From contig NC_083445.1 in assembly GCF_020745735.1 (NCBI RefSeq), forward strand, positions 8,866,001-8,930,000: a DNA stretch of 64,000 nucleotides, read 5' to 3'. Below are positions 36,750 through 50,700 of this stretch, in pieces. A program made the position numbers and the translations under genes. Below the pieces are notes generated by a model, which made no database searches, had not been told where the DNA came from, and was given only the letters and a program-made list of their open reading frames with translations. The first letter of the stretch is position 1; each line of letters begins with the position of its first letter. Source of the stretch: Hemiscyllium ocellatum. Its lineage: Eukaryota.

Positions 36750-38047
36750 GTCAAGAGTGTGGTGCTGGAAAAGCACAGCAGTTCAATCAGCATCTGAAGA
36801 GCAGGAGAATCGATGTTTTGGGCAAACGCTCTTCATCAGGAATGACGTTTGTGAGCCAAGAGGGTGGAGAGATAAATGGTAGGGTGGTGGGGCTGGGGGG
36901 AGAAGGCAGCTGAGAGTGTGAAAGGTGGATGGAGGTGGGATAATGGTGATAAGGTGGAGAGGAGGGTGGAGGGGGTAGGTGGGAAGGAAGATGGTCAGGT
37001 AGGACAGGTCATGAGGGCAGTGCTGAGTTGGAACTGGGATAAGATGGGCCGGTGGGGTGAAATCCACATTGATGCCATCTGGTTGGAGGGTCCCAAGGCA
37101 AAAAATGAGGTGTTCTTCCTCCAGGTGTTGGATGGTTAGAATGTGGCGATGGAGGTGGCCCAGGACCTGCATGTCCTTGGTGCAGTTGTGGGGGGATGGG
37201 GTTGAAGTTGAGTGTTTGACCACAGGTTGGTTGGTGCAGGTGTCCTGGAGATATTCTCTGAAGTGCTCTGCAAACAGGCATCCTATCTCTCCAATGTATA
37301 CAGATGGCCTCCTCCTTCAAAGACTGCAACGTGGTCGATGGTGCCCTCCAGTGCATCTCAAACACTTCCCGCACCTTCGCCCTTGAACCCCACCCCCTGG
37401 TCTTCACCTTCCACCCCACCAACCTCCATACACATGCACCATTTCTGCCACCTACAAACGGTCCCTACCACGAGATATATTTCCCTCCACACCCCTATTC
37501 GCTTTCTGCTAAGACCACTCTCCATGACTCTCTTGTCAGGTTCACGCCCCCTACCAACCCACCACCTCCTCCTAGCACCTTCTCCTGCCACTGCAGGAAT
37601 TGCAAAACCTGTCCCCACGCTTAACCCCTCACCTCCGTCCAAGGCCCCAAAAGGAGCCTTCCACATCCATCAAAGTTTTACCTGCACTTCCATAAGACAT
37701 AGGAGTGGAAGTAAGGCCATTCAGCTTCCATACATGTCATCTACTGTATCCAGTTTCCTCATTTCCCCTCCCCCAACCTTACAACTCACCACCACCCTCC
37801 TGACCTGTCCATCTTCCTTCCCACCTATTCACTCCACCCTATCACCATTACCCCCACCTCCATCTACCTATTGCACTCTCAGCTAACTTCCCTCCACCCC
37901 CTCAGCTCACAAGCATCATCCTTGATGAAGGGGTCTTGCCCAAAACATCGATTCTCCTGCTCTTCGGATGCTGCCTGACATGCTGTGCTTTTCCAGCACC
38001 ATAGTCTTGACTCTGATCTCCAGCATCTGCAATCCTCACTTTCTCCT
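36750..38047. mobile_element. Penelope-like element fragment with inverted 5' segment (minus 36750-~37295, plus ~37300-38047)
   Basis: GIY-YIG remnant (YIGETG..AEHFRE) on the minus arm; similar to 62400-63492; hammerhead-like terminal repeat at both ends. Confidence 0.85.
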
Positions 38048-38589
38048 TTCACCCCAGAGATAGACACACTATGCTTGAATTATAAACATAAAATCAATAT
38101 TATTCACATTAGAATTTCCTAACTTGGGTCTCATTTCAGCATCGATTTCATCACTTCATTCCGAGGAGTTTGTATGCAAAGATACAAAGAAAAAGCTAGG
38201 GGTTTAAAAGAAAAAGTCCTGGGACAATGATGTTGCTCATGAGGCCAGCGCATGTAGTTCATTTCAAATGCCCTTGAAATAGTTGTGGTAGGCTGCCTTC
38301 TTGAATCATGTCAACCCAAACAATCTAAATACTTCTTTGATGCTTATAAGGTTTTAGGATTTTGACCCATTAATACCACAGCAATAACTATACATATCTG
38401 AGTCAGAGTAATGCGCAACTTAAGAGGGAAAGTTTAGACAATGTTTTGAAATCCACAGTTCTTCTAGGTGGTAGAAATTTCTGTTTGGAACATGCTATTA
38501 AAGGAGCAACAGTGAGCTACTGCAAGGCATCTTGTAGATGGTACACACCTCAGTAATGCAGTCAACCATAAGATATATGGGCAGAAATA

Positions 38590-38757
38590 GTCAACATTTC
38601 AGATATAACCCTTCTTCAGGACTACATCTCCTCCAATCCTGAAGGGTTATACCTGAAATGTTGATTTCTCTGCCTCCTGATGCTGCATGCCTTGCTGTGT
38701 CCTACCAGCCTTCCTGTTTGTCTACTTTGGATTCCAGCATCTGCAGTTTTTTTTGGT
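38590..38757. mobile_element. Penelope-derived short inverted repeat (different subfamily)
   Basis: aacatttcagatataacccttcttcagga / tcctgaagggttatacctgaaatgtt hairpin; tail ccagcatctgcagtttttt. Confidence 0.7.
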
Positions 38758-39814
38758 CTCTGACCCATCACTCTGAGGCTGTGTCTTTGATTCCTATTAG
38801 TGGCAACATCTTCTCCACATCCACACTCACTATTCAATTAAGTTTCAACAAAATCCTTCTAAATTCCATCAAGTACAGTCTGCTCCAATATATGCGAAAG
38901 TTCCAATCTCACGCAGACTCACGTTCTAAGAAAATCTTGTGATAACTACACCATTTACACTAATGTGGCTGGAATTGCATTATAGCCAATATGGGTAATG
39001 GAAGTTCATGTTTTACAAATAAAGGTCTAAATTCTTCAATCATGTTAAAGCTAATTTGCACTGAAGAAACGTGCATAATAGCAGAACCAACTGTACAGGT
39101 CCAGAGCCCTCAACCACTCTTCATGACAACCCCTTCCTCCCCTGGCATCATCCTAGTAAACCCCCTCCAAGGCCAGCATATCTTTAGATACAGTCTAAAA
39201 CTGCTCTCAAATATTCCACATCGTCTGACTAGAGCCTTATACAGCCTCATCAGTACATCCCTGCTCTTGCATTTTATCCCTTCATAAATGAACGCTAACC
39301 TTGCATTTCCCTATCAATGGAACCTGTATGTTAACCCTAGGAGTCCTATTTAAGTATTCACTTAAGTCCTTTATGCTTTAGATTTCTGAAGCCTTTCCCC
39401 ATTTACAAAATAGAATATGTCTCTATTCATCTGAGCAAGTACATAACCTTACTTTCCCACATTGTATTCCACCTATCACTTCTTTGCCCAGTCTCCCAAC
39501 TTGTCCAAGTCCTTCTGCAGCCTCCCAATTTGTTCAACATCTGTCCTTCCATGTTTGCGTCATCTGCAAACTTAACAATGCCCTCAGTTCCTTTGCAGGA
39601 TGGGGAATGAACATGAAAGGCGATGAATGGAGTAACAAATAAGTGAGCTGCTTTGTCCTGGAATGTGATGAGCTACTTGGGTTTTGTCTGAGCCGAACTT
39701 ATCAAGATCCGTACTGATCCAGAAGGCAGGGGAAGGAACTTGCTTATTTTGGGGCATACTTCATATCCAATAATACCACTGATGCCATAGAAAACAAATC
39801 TGTGGAGTTGATTG

Positions 39815-39820
39815 TTTATT
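39815..39820 (-). terminator. Probable RNF11-like distal polyadenylation signal AATAAA (3'UTR ~4.8 kb)
   Basis: tttatt on +; upstream UGUA elements and downstream UUUGUUUU on the minus strand. Confidence 0.5.
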
Positions 39821-42800
39821 TTTTCAAAAAATATACATACTTTTACATAATTTGTTATCAGCAGCTAGTATAAACCAACAAAAGATATCATTTGTACTCA
39901 AAATCACTGGAGTATTGGGCAGCTCTGGTTTCCAACATTTTTGACTGACGTGTTCAGGTAGATCTGGGTTACAAAAATGAATTAACAATAATATCCATTA
40001 TTATGGTCTGAGCTGGAAGTCTCTGAAAGCGGCAGTCAGTGGGATTGCTTCTCAGTATTGAGAGATTTTATGTCCATACTTCTCTGCAGTCACTGGCAAA
40101 AAACAGATACCTTTACACTCAAATACAGATCCAGGATATCACTGCCCAAGCTGAAGCAGATGATGCTTGTGCAAGATTGAATAGAAGAAAACTTGAAGAT
40201 TTTAAGGCATCGTTAACATAGAAAGTTGTGTGTGTAAACTAAACTGCCATTGTAACACTAGGAATACACAGTGACTGCAACTGGAAGAATAACCTCTTAT
40301 AAAGGAAGAGGGATTCTGAGAAAGTGCATCCAACCACAAATGGAAGCTGCGTTTATGCACTTACCCACTTTTATCAATATTTTTTTCTATCATCTCTGTG
40401 GCCAGTTACTTGTGGAAACTGCAATTCTTGGGCTAACACTGAAACAATCTTGAACCTCTGACACTCAGGATTAATTCTGTGTCCCATATGAGAATATCAG
40501 GAAAATGTTGTTAATTACAATGCCAAAAAGTGCAGCTAACATGTATATGCTCAAACAAGTTAGTTTTCTATTGGTCTGATACTTCCTCCCTCTAACTCAG
40601 GTACAGCAACATTTGTCAACCATGATAACCTTTTCTTCAATGGTCAATTCTGTAAAAACAAAGGACGTGCTCTATTAGTAGAAACAAGGAGTATACTGGC
40701 TGCTTCAATGTACTTCTCTTAACCTAACAGCACAATCAGCAACCCACTCACCCAGAGTGAGATCACAGTCCCCAAAGGCTTCTGAAATATGTTATTTTTC
40801 AGGGGGCACAATATATTATAGAAATATCTTAAAATGTTTACACCTTATTACTGCCAGTTCCCAGGAAAATGTGATAAATGGCTTCCATGACTAGAGACTC
40901 TTTGCCTATGATTTGTATAACAAAGCAAACTCCTGTGACATTACCCAATACAGGTAAAGGGACATTATTGGAGAGAGTCACTGGATTGCAGGACAGAACC
41001 ATCATTCCTTTCCCATTTCAAAATCATGCTTCGCATTCATATTTTTAGATTTCTCTGATAAATTTTACATCTACATTTGTGAGGGTTTAACACATTTCCA
41101 CATGAAAACATAATTTCTAACACTAACCAGCTATTATAGTTCTCAAGTATCGCATCTGACCCACATAGAGTTCAGTCACAGTCTGAAAGGTTAATTCCAT
41201 GTCATTCTGCCCCTCTCCAAACAGCAAGCCAGGCATCATTTTTCCTGACCAACAGACAAGTCAATCCAGCATTCCTTCCTCCCAAATTAAGAGGACTAAA
41301 ATTAGTAAACACTAAAAGCAAAAATGATGCTCAAAAACCAATAAACTGCCAACACTCCACATGTATGTCTAAACCCCAAATCAAACAGCCACAAACCTCT
41401 AAAGTTAGTGCAATTTGGGAGACGAGTTAGTCTGCAACAAGACTTGTGGCAGCATATGGATTGAAGAACACTTCTGAGACTCCCCCCAGGTAAAGGCATA
41501 ATACGTATCATACAGAGCTCAGAACGTCACAGGTTTCATTACTGGTTGGTATTGAATCAGTTCAGAGACGTGCTGGGGTGAAATGATTAACCAAACGGCG
41601 ACAAGTTCCTGAGACTGCACTTACATTTACACCCCTGTACTTACTTGGGAGGTGCCCTGAGATCACTGACATATCTCAGCAGCTTGTACTTTTCCAAATG
41701 TCTTCACAGCTACTGCCTCTCTTGGGCTCCAAAAGCAGCCAATTTTAGGAACTGGCCCCACCGCTGGTACATGATGGTTTCAAGCCTACCTTTCAATCCC
41801 ATTTGTTGGGTCCTAAAGCCTGCAGTAAAGCTCAGATCCTCTATTTCTCTATCTCACACAATGGAGACGCCCAGTGAAACTGGACATGGCTGTGAGGATT
41901 CATCTTGGAGCTTATGCAATACTTCAAAAGTTGCAGTATCAGCACATATCTCTATGAGAAGAGTGTGCAGCCAACATCAGTGCAATTGCAACCCAGTCTG
42001 AGTCAGCTTCAGGAGCGAGGAGGAGACTGCCGGCTTTCCAAAACTGAAATCAACTCCAACCAACGTTGATGTGTGACTTCTGAATGCTAACCAATAGCTC
42101 TGAGAATTTACAACTTTCAACATTTGAGCTTTTTGGAAGTAAATGGTACCATGTGATAACAGTCTGCAGTTTTAAGTTTTAACTCAACACTTGCCTTAAA
42201 AAATAAAAAAAATTAAATAAACATCTTGTATAGTACAATTTGAATCCAGACAGATTTTGCTCAGTCCCACTCTTATCCAGGTAATGCAGGAACAGGAGGT
42301 GTCCGTCCAGCCTTATGAGTCTGTTCCAACAACCTACAGGATCACAGGTGAATGATGAGCAAACTCCACCTACCTGTGTAAGGCTTGTACTGCTCAATAC
42401 CTCTGGCAAATAAACATCCATCAATCTCAGATTTAAAACTAACAAACTGAGTTTGCATCAATCATCATTCATGGGAGAGAGTTCCAAACTCTCACCACCC
42501 TGTGTGTGAAGGAGTGTTGCCCAATTTCACTCCTGAATGGTCTGACAATCATGTTCATAAAAGATCCCCAAACTGTCGGGCAACTTGGAGGCATTACCTG
42601 AGCTAGTGACTCAGGCTAAAGTTTTGTAAACAAATAAGGCTGCTCCAGAGTACGGAGCCAGGTAGACCAAGCTGATTTTGGTTTTAATCCCTAGTTTATA
42701 CAGGGTCAATGATAATAAAAGGGTAGAGCAGCAGCAGCAATGGGGAAGCACACTCACAGGTGGCACCAAGTTCAATGGAGTTGCCAGAGGATTGTCTTTA

Positions 42801-44588
42801 AACTGTTCAAAAGGTGTGTCAAAACAATCCTCCTAATACCTGTATGGGATATAAGGAAGTCCTTGCTCTTTTCCCAAGCTAACTGAAGTGTACAAAGCCA
42901 GCACAAACAAGGGACTGAATGGCCTCCATCAGTGCTCTATCATTTGATTATTCTACTCTTTTGCTATTTCTCAGTTTTTTTGGGTCATTAGATTTCACTA
43001 AATCTCCTAAATTGATACTTGAGCAAGCTCTGTATAGTAAATATTAAAGTGCTGACAGATTGCTACAAAAATAAAACTCTTGCAGGCTAGTCGCTCTCAA
43101 ATCCCCATTTCACACATCACTGTTGTTGGCAAAAGGACTTAACCAGGTCTCTGGCATTCAGAAGTCTGCCACCGGGAAATGACATGGTTCTTCTCAAAGG
43201 ACAGCCTCTCCCCATATCCTCTGCCCCTCTCACACGGGCTCCACATAGTACTTGCAGCTGGCCAGTATCAGGATTCCAATATCGCAGAAGATGGGAGCAA
43301 CCTTGGATACTGACACTCAATCTCACTGATTCCACACTGAACCCAGCGGATTCTGAACATTCCAAACAGTTTAAGAAAAATATCAAATCAGGGACATTGC
43401 CACGCTGCTGTCCTGCTTATTCAATATAGCAAGTTACAATATCAGACTAAATTGTGTCAAAACCTCAGTTGTCCTTGTTCAGCGTTGAGCTAGCTGACCT
43501 CAGAAGGGGACTTCAATCATAGTGGGCTGCTTCAAACTCCCTCAGTACCACAGGAAGTTTAGTCAGGATTCCCGTTAGCCCAACAACTGCCAAACAGGGG
43601 GGCACTCAGCGGAAGGACAAAGCAAGCAGATGCACAGAAACAATCACCAGTTTGAAGCTTTTTCTCCAAGTGACACACCATCCCAAACTGGAAATCTATT
43701 GGCATTTTCTTCAATGGGTCCAATCCTGCAACCCCTTCTTAAACGATGCTGCGGGTACATCTAAAACACAGAAAAGCAGCGGCTTAAATCACAACTCACC
43801 ACAACCTTCTCAAGGGCAATGAGGGATTGGCTATAAATGCTGGCCTTACCAGTGATGCCGCACTGGCCATGAATGAATTTAACTAAATAAGCTGCAGCTT
43901 CATCTCCCCCACGGGTGAATAACTTTCCAGTTTCGGGGTACTGCAGAGTTTCAGGAGAAATTCCATTCCAGCTGTTTATCTCCACAGGCAAATCATTCCA
44001 CTGTCTTCTGTCTATACAGGTTGCCTCTTCCAAGCACTGCTCTGACCTACTCTGTCTTCAGCTCCAAAGCTGTACTCTGTTACATTAGCACAGCAGGCGA
44101 GTAAAAAGCATAACCACTGTGGTGAGGTGTAAGTGAGCTATGATCATCTAGAACTCAGCACGAGGGAGTGTCCTCATGCAGTGAGCAATGCAAAAGTAAA
44201 ATCCAAAGCTTTTGCTCTGGTCCTCTAGTAAAGAGCACACTGCATATGTCACTATCTGGAAGAAGACTAAGACTGCGCAGATACAGAAAGGCAAACCCAA
44301 AACGGCTTTCTTGCTGTTAGAGTGGGACTACTGCCCCCACTTTGGTTTTAATCACTTCCCTTTTAGCCAGTTAGTGTTAAGTAGAAGATTTGGCCAATCG
44401 ATTGTTTTCCCAGCTGAACAAAAAATGCACCGTCTGGTACCCACCTAAAAGCTATGGTGAGACAATAGGATACTTCTTTGGTCTGCGTGAGTGCATGATT
44501 CTTTTCCCCGCTCCCTCCCCACCTTACTTTTCCCTCCCTTTGGCAGCAAGACACTCGAAAGTGCAACTGGACTTGAAGCCCAGTTAAG

Positions 44589-44760
44589 TCAGTTGGTCTC
44601 GTAGGATGAAAGCAGAGCCGCGTCTACAGGTTCCATACATGAAGGGCACGTGAAGGACCTCATGAGCCACTCGTCAATACAATCCACGTGGTATATGTGC
44701 ATGCATGGCAGAAACCGAATTGGGTCACCATATACAAAGTCCATCATACAGATCACACAC
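44589..44760 (-). CDS. RNF11: RNF11-like exon 3 coding part (CVICMMDFVYGDPIRFLPCMHIYHVDCIDEWLMRSFTCPSCMEPVDAALLSSYETN*)
   Basis: Acceptor ctccactcctAG; RING-H2 domain; TGA at 44591-44589. Not in the ORF track. Confidence 0.96.
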
Positions 44761-47700
44761 CTAGGAGTGGAGACAAAACAAAAAAAAAATTAATTAAAAA
44801 GCATAATTTTACAAAGGTGGGAGAGGCAAGAACATTTGTGAAGATGGTAAAAATGGTAAGGATGCCATTTTAAAATTAAAAAGCACAGGGGATACAGAAG
44901 CTGAGCTTTATAAATAGAGTCACAGTGGCAAGATATGCTAAAACTTTATAAATTACTGATTAGGCCTCAGCTGGAGTAAAGCATTTTATTCATTTTAGGA
45001 AGGATGTCCAACCCTTGCAGAAGTTGCAAAGCAGACTTACTAAAATGGGACCAGTTATGAATGACTTAGGTTGTGCAGGAGACTAGAGATGCTACGATTG
45101 TTCACCTTGGAGCACTTAAGATTGAGAGGTTTTCAAAATCATGAGGTGTTTTGAGAGGGCAGATAGGGACAAATTGTTTCTAGTGGGAGGACAGTAGGTA
45201 ACCAATGGAGACAAATTCAAGATAACAAAGGAAAAATTGGGAGGGAGGGGATCCATGTAGGTATCAATGTCATGGGCAGGACCAGGAAAGAGATTAGTAG
45301 AGTCAGTATGAGGAGCTAAGCACCAAATTAAGCAGAACTACTGAGTCTCATTCAAATTGGGCCAGGGTAAATAAAACTAGAGAAATAAGCATAAAGCTCA
45401 AAGACTGGTGCAGCAGAACCGAGGCCTGCTTCATGAAGAACCAGCACCAAAACTGGGGAAAATGGGAGGTGCACCATAACGATAAACTCCAGATGAAGTG
45501 CACTAACGAGTTGCATAACTAGGGAGGACAAGAAACCAAATGTGGAAAGTTTGGTAAATCAACGCGAAAGAGGTATTAACATGAGAAACGATAAACAGAT
45601 TATGGTAGAAAGGGATACAGAGTCCAATAAATCAGGATAGGGAAAGGTGAGAGGAACAAGAAAACTACATTGACCAGACACTGAGCACATAGTCAAAGCT
45701 GGGAGCTGACAAGTCCCCAGGCCCTGATGTACTCCATCCTAGGGTGTTGGAAGAATTAGCTAGAAAGTTAGTTGACGTTTTGGTTTTAACTTTAGTTCCA
45801 AAGATTCAGGGAAGGTTCCATTAGAATTGAAAATAGGGAGACAGGAAACAGTAATATACAGCCAGTTAGTGTAACATCTTTCATAGGGAAGATGTTAGAA
45901 GATACTATTAAGCACAGCACTTAGGAAATTTCAAGGTAATTTGGCAGAGTGAATACAGGCTTCTATTAAATAAATGCTGTCAATAAAAGGGAACTGTGGA
46001 TCTACTGTCTCCTGGAAATCAATGTACTTTGTTAAGGGCTATGTTGATGTTACTGTGTCAGCTCGTGTTGTAAGGAGTAACATATTGACATGGCTAGCTA
46101 ACAGGAAACAGCAGACAAATGTATTATTTTCTGGTTGGCAAGATGAAATGCATTAGGATGATATTAGGTGGCTACAAAGGAAGGTTAAGTGAATTGGAAT
46201 TTGGCAACTGTAATATAATGTGGGAAAATGTGTAAATGTCCATGTCATCGGGAAATAGTCAGAAATTGTAAAATAGTCAGATGTTGTAAAGCTCAAAAAT
46301 AGAGGGTTTTTGGCTTCCCCATGCACAAATCACAAGATGAGAATGTAACTACAGCAAGTAATTAAAAGTATTGTTTATTGGAGGGAGTTAAATTACAACA
46401 GCAGAGACCTTATGTTTCAGTTATACAGAGTGTTTTTAAGACTTTATCTAGAGAGCTGTGCAGAGTATCAGTTACCTTGTTCAAGGAAGGATGAAAAAAC
46501 ATTTCAGACCTACACCTGGAAAAAATGGGTCAGCTTATGAGAAAAGGTTGGACAGGCTATATTCCTACTCTCTGGAGTTTACAAGAGTAAGAGGCAACTT
46601 GACTGAAACAAAAGATCCTGAGGGGTCTTGATAGGATAGGTGTGGAGAGAATGTTTCCTATTATGGAAAAATCTAGAACTAGGGAGTCAATTTTTCAAAG
46701 CAACAATTAGCCTCATGTAAAACACATTACTTTTGTTTTCTTACAAAGGTTTGAGAATCTTCGTAATTGTCTTCTGCAGAAGCAGTAGGAGGAGAGTTTT
46801 TAAATAGTTTTAAGGCAGAGGTGGAGACGTTAGTCATAACAAGGGGGTGAAAGTTTATCGGAGTAGTCGGGAACAAGGCATGATCAGATCAGCCATGATC
46901 TTAATGAATGCTGGAGGAGGCTTGAATGGTCTACTACTAAGTCACACAGTCAGATTCAATTTAATTTCCAAAAGAGAAGTAGATAAATACTTAAAGGAGA
47001 AAGAGATAATTCAGGAAACTATAGAGCAGTGAGTCTGACATCAGTGGTTGGGAAGCTATTGGAGAGAATTCTTAGGGATAGGATTTATGCGCATTCGGAA
47101 AAGCATGGCCTAATTAGAACAGCCAGCATGGCTTTATGCAGGGCAGGATGTGTCTTAACTTGATTGCATTTTTTGAGAAGGTGACAAAGGTGATTGATGA
47201 GGGTACAGCAATGGATGTTGCCTATATGGATTTTAGTAAGGCTTTCGACAAGGTCCCTCATGGGAGAAGATTAAAATGCATGGAATTCAGGGTGTCTTCG
47301 CTGCGTGGATTCAGAATTGGCTTGCCTATAAAAGGCAGAGGGTAGCGACAGAAGGAACACGCTGCCAGGGGGACGCAGATACGATATGGGCATTTAAGAG
47401 AATGTTAGATAAGCTCATGAATATGCAAGGATGGAGGGATATGGACCAAGGGCAGGCAGAAGGATTTAAGTTTAATTTGGACAATATCGTGGGCCAGAGG
47501 GCCTGTTCCTGTGCTTTATAGTACAATGTTCTAAAAAAAAGTGCAGTGTTACAGAGAAAATTTGACCGAGCATGGTTAATTGTATAACCCTCTGATAAGA
47601 ATTATAAGCTTCATAGTCTCCTTCTGTACTAGATGACTGTGTTGAATTTATTTTGGAAAGGAGTTTCTTGTAATGATTGCCCACCAGACCAAAGATTTAG

Positions 47701-50700
47701 CAGCCAAAGGAAATATCTGTGCTGTCTTGTGAAAAGTTAGTTAGATAACATTACGGAAAGCAGCTACTCAGAATGGAGACCAAGACAACACTGCTAGGCT
47801 CGATCAAACCTCCTCTGTTTTCATGCAATGCTAGTTACAGTATAGAGCAGAAATGTAGTAAACCTCACTGAGTGGTTAACATACACATGAATAGTTATCA
47901 GCGGGGCATAGTACCAAGGAACAGAGCATCCATGGAAAAATCCACCCTCCTCAACAGTTTAAAAAAAAGGGAGTGGAGATTATTAGTAAGTAAATAAAAT
48001 CTTTATTTACTGCACCAAGCTTCCTGACAGGCTTTTGATTTTATCCATTCTGCACACTTGAGAATATTACTGATGCTACACAACTGCAGTAAGCCTGCCA
48101 TAAACAGCAGTAACAACTACACAGAGCATAGACTTACGTAACTGATTGTTTCCCATTCTTGACAATAAGCAGAGACCTCACCCAAGTCAATGCTCAATAT
48201 AAAACATACCCAGACTATGTGGCCATGAAGGATATTGCATCTAAGATCTGATCCTTTCTTCACTCGACACTGTGGATTACCTTGGTAGAATGTTCTCTTC
48301 CTGTCATGGGGTCAGACTGAAGAACTCCTCCCCACTCCTGAAAGCTAGCCCTCTTCAAATCAGATACAAAGAGAATATCGAACCTGGGATCCACCGAATC
48401 TATGTTGGTTACTGTCACACTGGGAAGAGACCCTCCCACATCCCAAAGAAGCTATTAATACCAGCTGAAGAAGGTCCTAACTTGAACCACGGAATGGGGT
48501 AGCACAGAAGGCCATTCTGTCTACTGTGCTCCTACTAGCTCTCTGGAAGTGCTAACTAGTTAATCCCACTCTCCTTCTCCAGCCTTACAAATTTCTCCTT
48601 TTTAAATATAAATATGTGGAGCCAGACAGACGATGGTAAGGTTAGGGTTGGATATGCTGATATTCTCGGGCATATTGATATTATGGAGTCGTAAGTGTTG
48701 TGTGTCTTGAAAAGGATGATGGCAGATAAGTCCCTTAGGATTGATGGGATTTCTCTCCGGATACTCAGAGGCATGGAGGAAATTACTAGGATCTTAACAG
48801 AGATCTTTGTATCCTCTTTAGCCTCAGGTGAGTTCTCAGAAAACTGGAGAATAGCCAACGTTGTTCTGTTGTTTAAGGGCAACATGGATAATGCAGGAAA
48901 TTACCTCAGTGGTAGGGAAACTATTGGAGAAGATTCTTAGGGACAGGATTTACTTACGACTGGGATAGAATGGACTTCTAGGGTTAATCAAGCATGGCTT
49001 TGGGCAGGGAAAGTCTTGTCTCACAAATCTGATGAGGTTTTTGAGGAAGTGAATTGGTGAAGGCAGGGGAGTGGACATAGTCTACATCGGCTTTACTAAA
49101 GCACTTGACAAGGTTCCTCTCATAGGCTAGTCCAGAAGATTAAATCACATGGGATCTATGGTGAGTTAATAAATCGGATTCAAAATTGGCTTCAGCATAA
49201 CTGACAGAGTAGTTGAGGAGGGAAATTTTTCTGACTGAGGTCCATGGCTAGTAGTGTTCTGCTAGGCTCAGTATTGGGACCTTTATATATATATATATAT
49301 ATGATTTGGATGACAACGTGGGTGGTGATGACACAAAAATTGGAATTATGTATAATGAGGAAGGTTGGCAAAGGATACAGCAGGATATAGATCAGTTAGA
49401 CAGAGAAATGACAGATGGAGTTTAATCTGGGCAAGTGTGCGGTGATGTTTTTTGGAAGGTCAAATGCAAGAGGAAAGTATACAGTAAATGGCAGGACCCA
49501 GAGTTAAATTGATGGAGAGGGATCTTGGCCTGCAAGTCTTTATCTCCCTGAAAGGGGCTACACAAGTGGATAAGGTGGTAAAGGCAGCACACATCATGCT
49601 TGCCTTCATCGTTTAGGGCACTAAGTACACAAGTTGGCAAGTCAATTTAAGGCTTTATAAAACTTTTAGTTAGGTCACATTTGGAATGTTGTATGCAGTT
49701 TTGGTTACCACACTATAGGAAGTTCGTAGCAACTTTGGAGCCGGAGCAAACTTTTTTTTTTTACAAACTTGCCAGGATGTTGCCTGGTTTGGAGTATATC
49801 AGCTATAAGCAGAGATTGAACAAACTTGATTGTTTTCACTAGAGTGTCAGTGACTGAAGGGAGACCCGACACAAAAATGATGAGAGGTGCGGATAGGGTA
49901 GATAGTCAAGGGCCTTTTTCTCAGGCTGAAAATGTCAAATATTAGGGGGGAATAGGTGAGGTGAGGTGAGAGGAGGAGGTTTAAAGGAGATGAATAGGAA
50001 AGGTTTGGAGGGATATGGGCCAGGTGCTGACAGGTGGGACTAGACTGGGTTGGGATATCTGGTTGGCATGGACAGGTTGGACCGAAGGGTCTGATTCCAT
50101 GCTGTACATCTCTATGACTCTATGTGAAAGGCAGAGAGGGTGGTAGATACCTGGAACATGCTGCCAGCCAGGTGGTAGAGCTGAAAATGTGTTGTTGGAA
50201 AAGCGCAGCAGGTCAGGCAGCATCCAAGGAGCAGGAGAATTGGCGTTTCGGCCACGAGCCCTTCTTCAGGAGGGCTCATGCCCGAAACGTCGATTCTCCT
50301 GCTCCTTGGATGCTGCCTGACCTGCTGCGCTTTTCCAGCAACACATTTTCAGCTCTGATCTCCAGCATCTGCAGTCCTCACTTTCTCCTAGCCAGGTGGT
50401 AGAGGGAATGATTAAAAAGTATGATTCAGCAATGTCTAAGAGGCATTTAGACAAACACATGAAATTGCAAGTAATAGAGGGATATGATCATGTACAGGCA
50501 GATGAGATTAGTTTAGAATGGCATCATAGTTGTTGCAGACATGGTGGGTTGAAGGGCCGGTTTCTGGGCTGGGCTGGGCTGTTCTATGTTTGGGAGGTGA
50601 ATCTGCTTCCACAGCCCTTACAGCCAATGCACGAAAACTTGCTGCATACAGAAAATTCCACAAACCTCTCTGCTGGAAATGTTGTCAATTATTTAAAACT

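Noticed and set aside
39990-43430. Short ORFs in the presumed RNF11-like 3'UTR (40039, 41645, 43117, 43184) as exons of a hidden gene
   Set aside because: No recognisable homology and no consistent splice chain.
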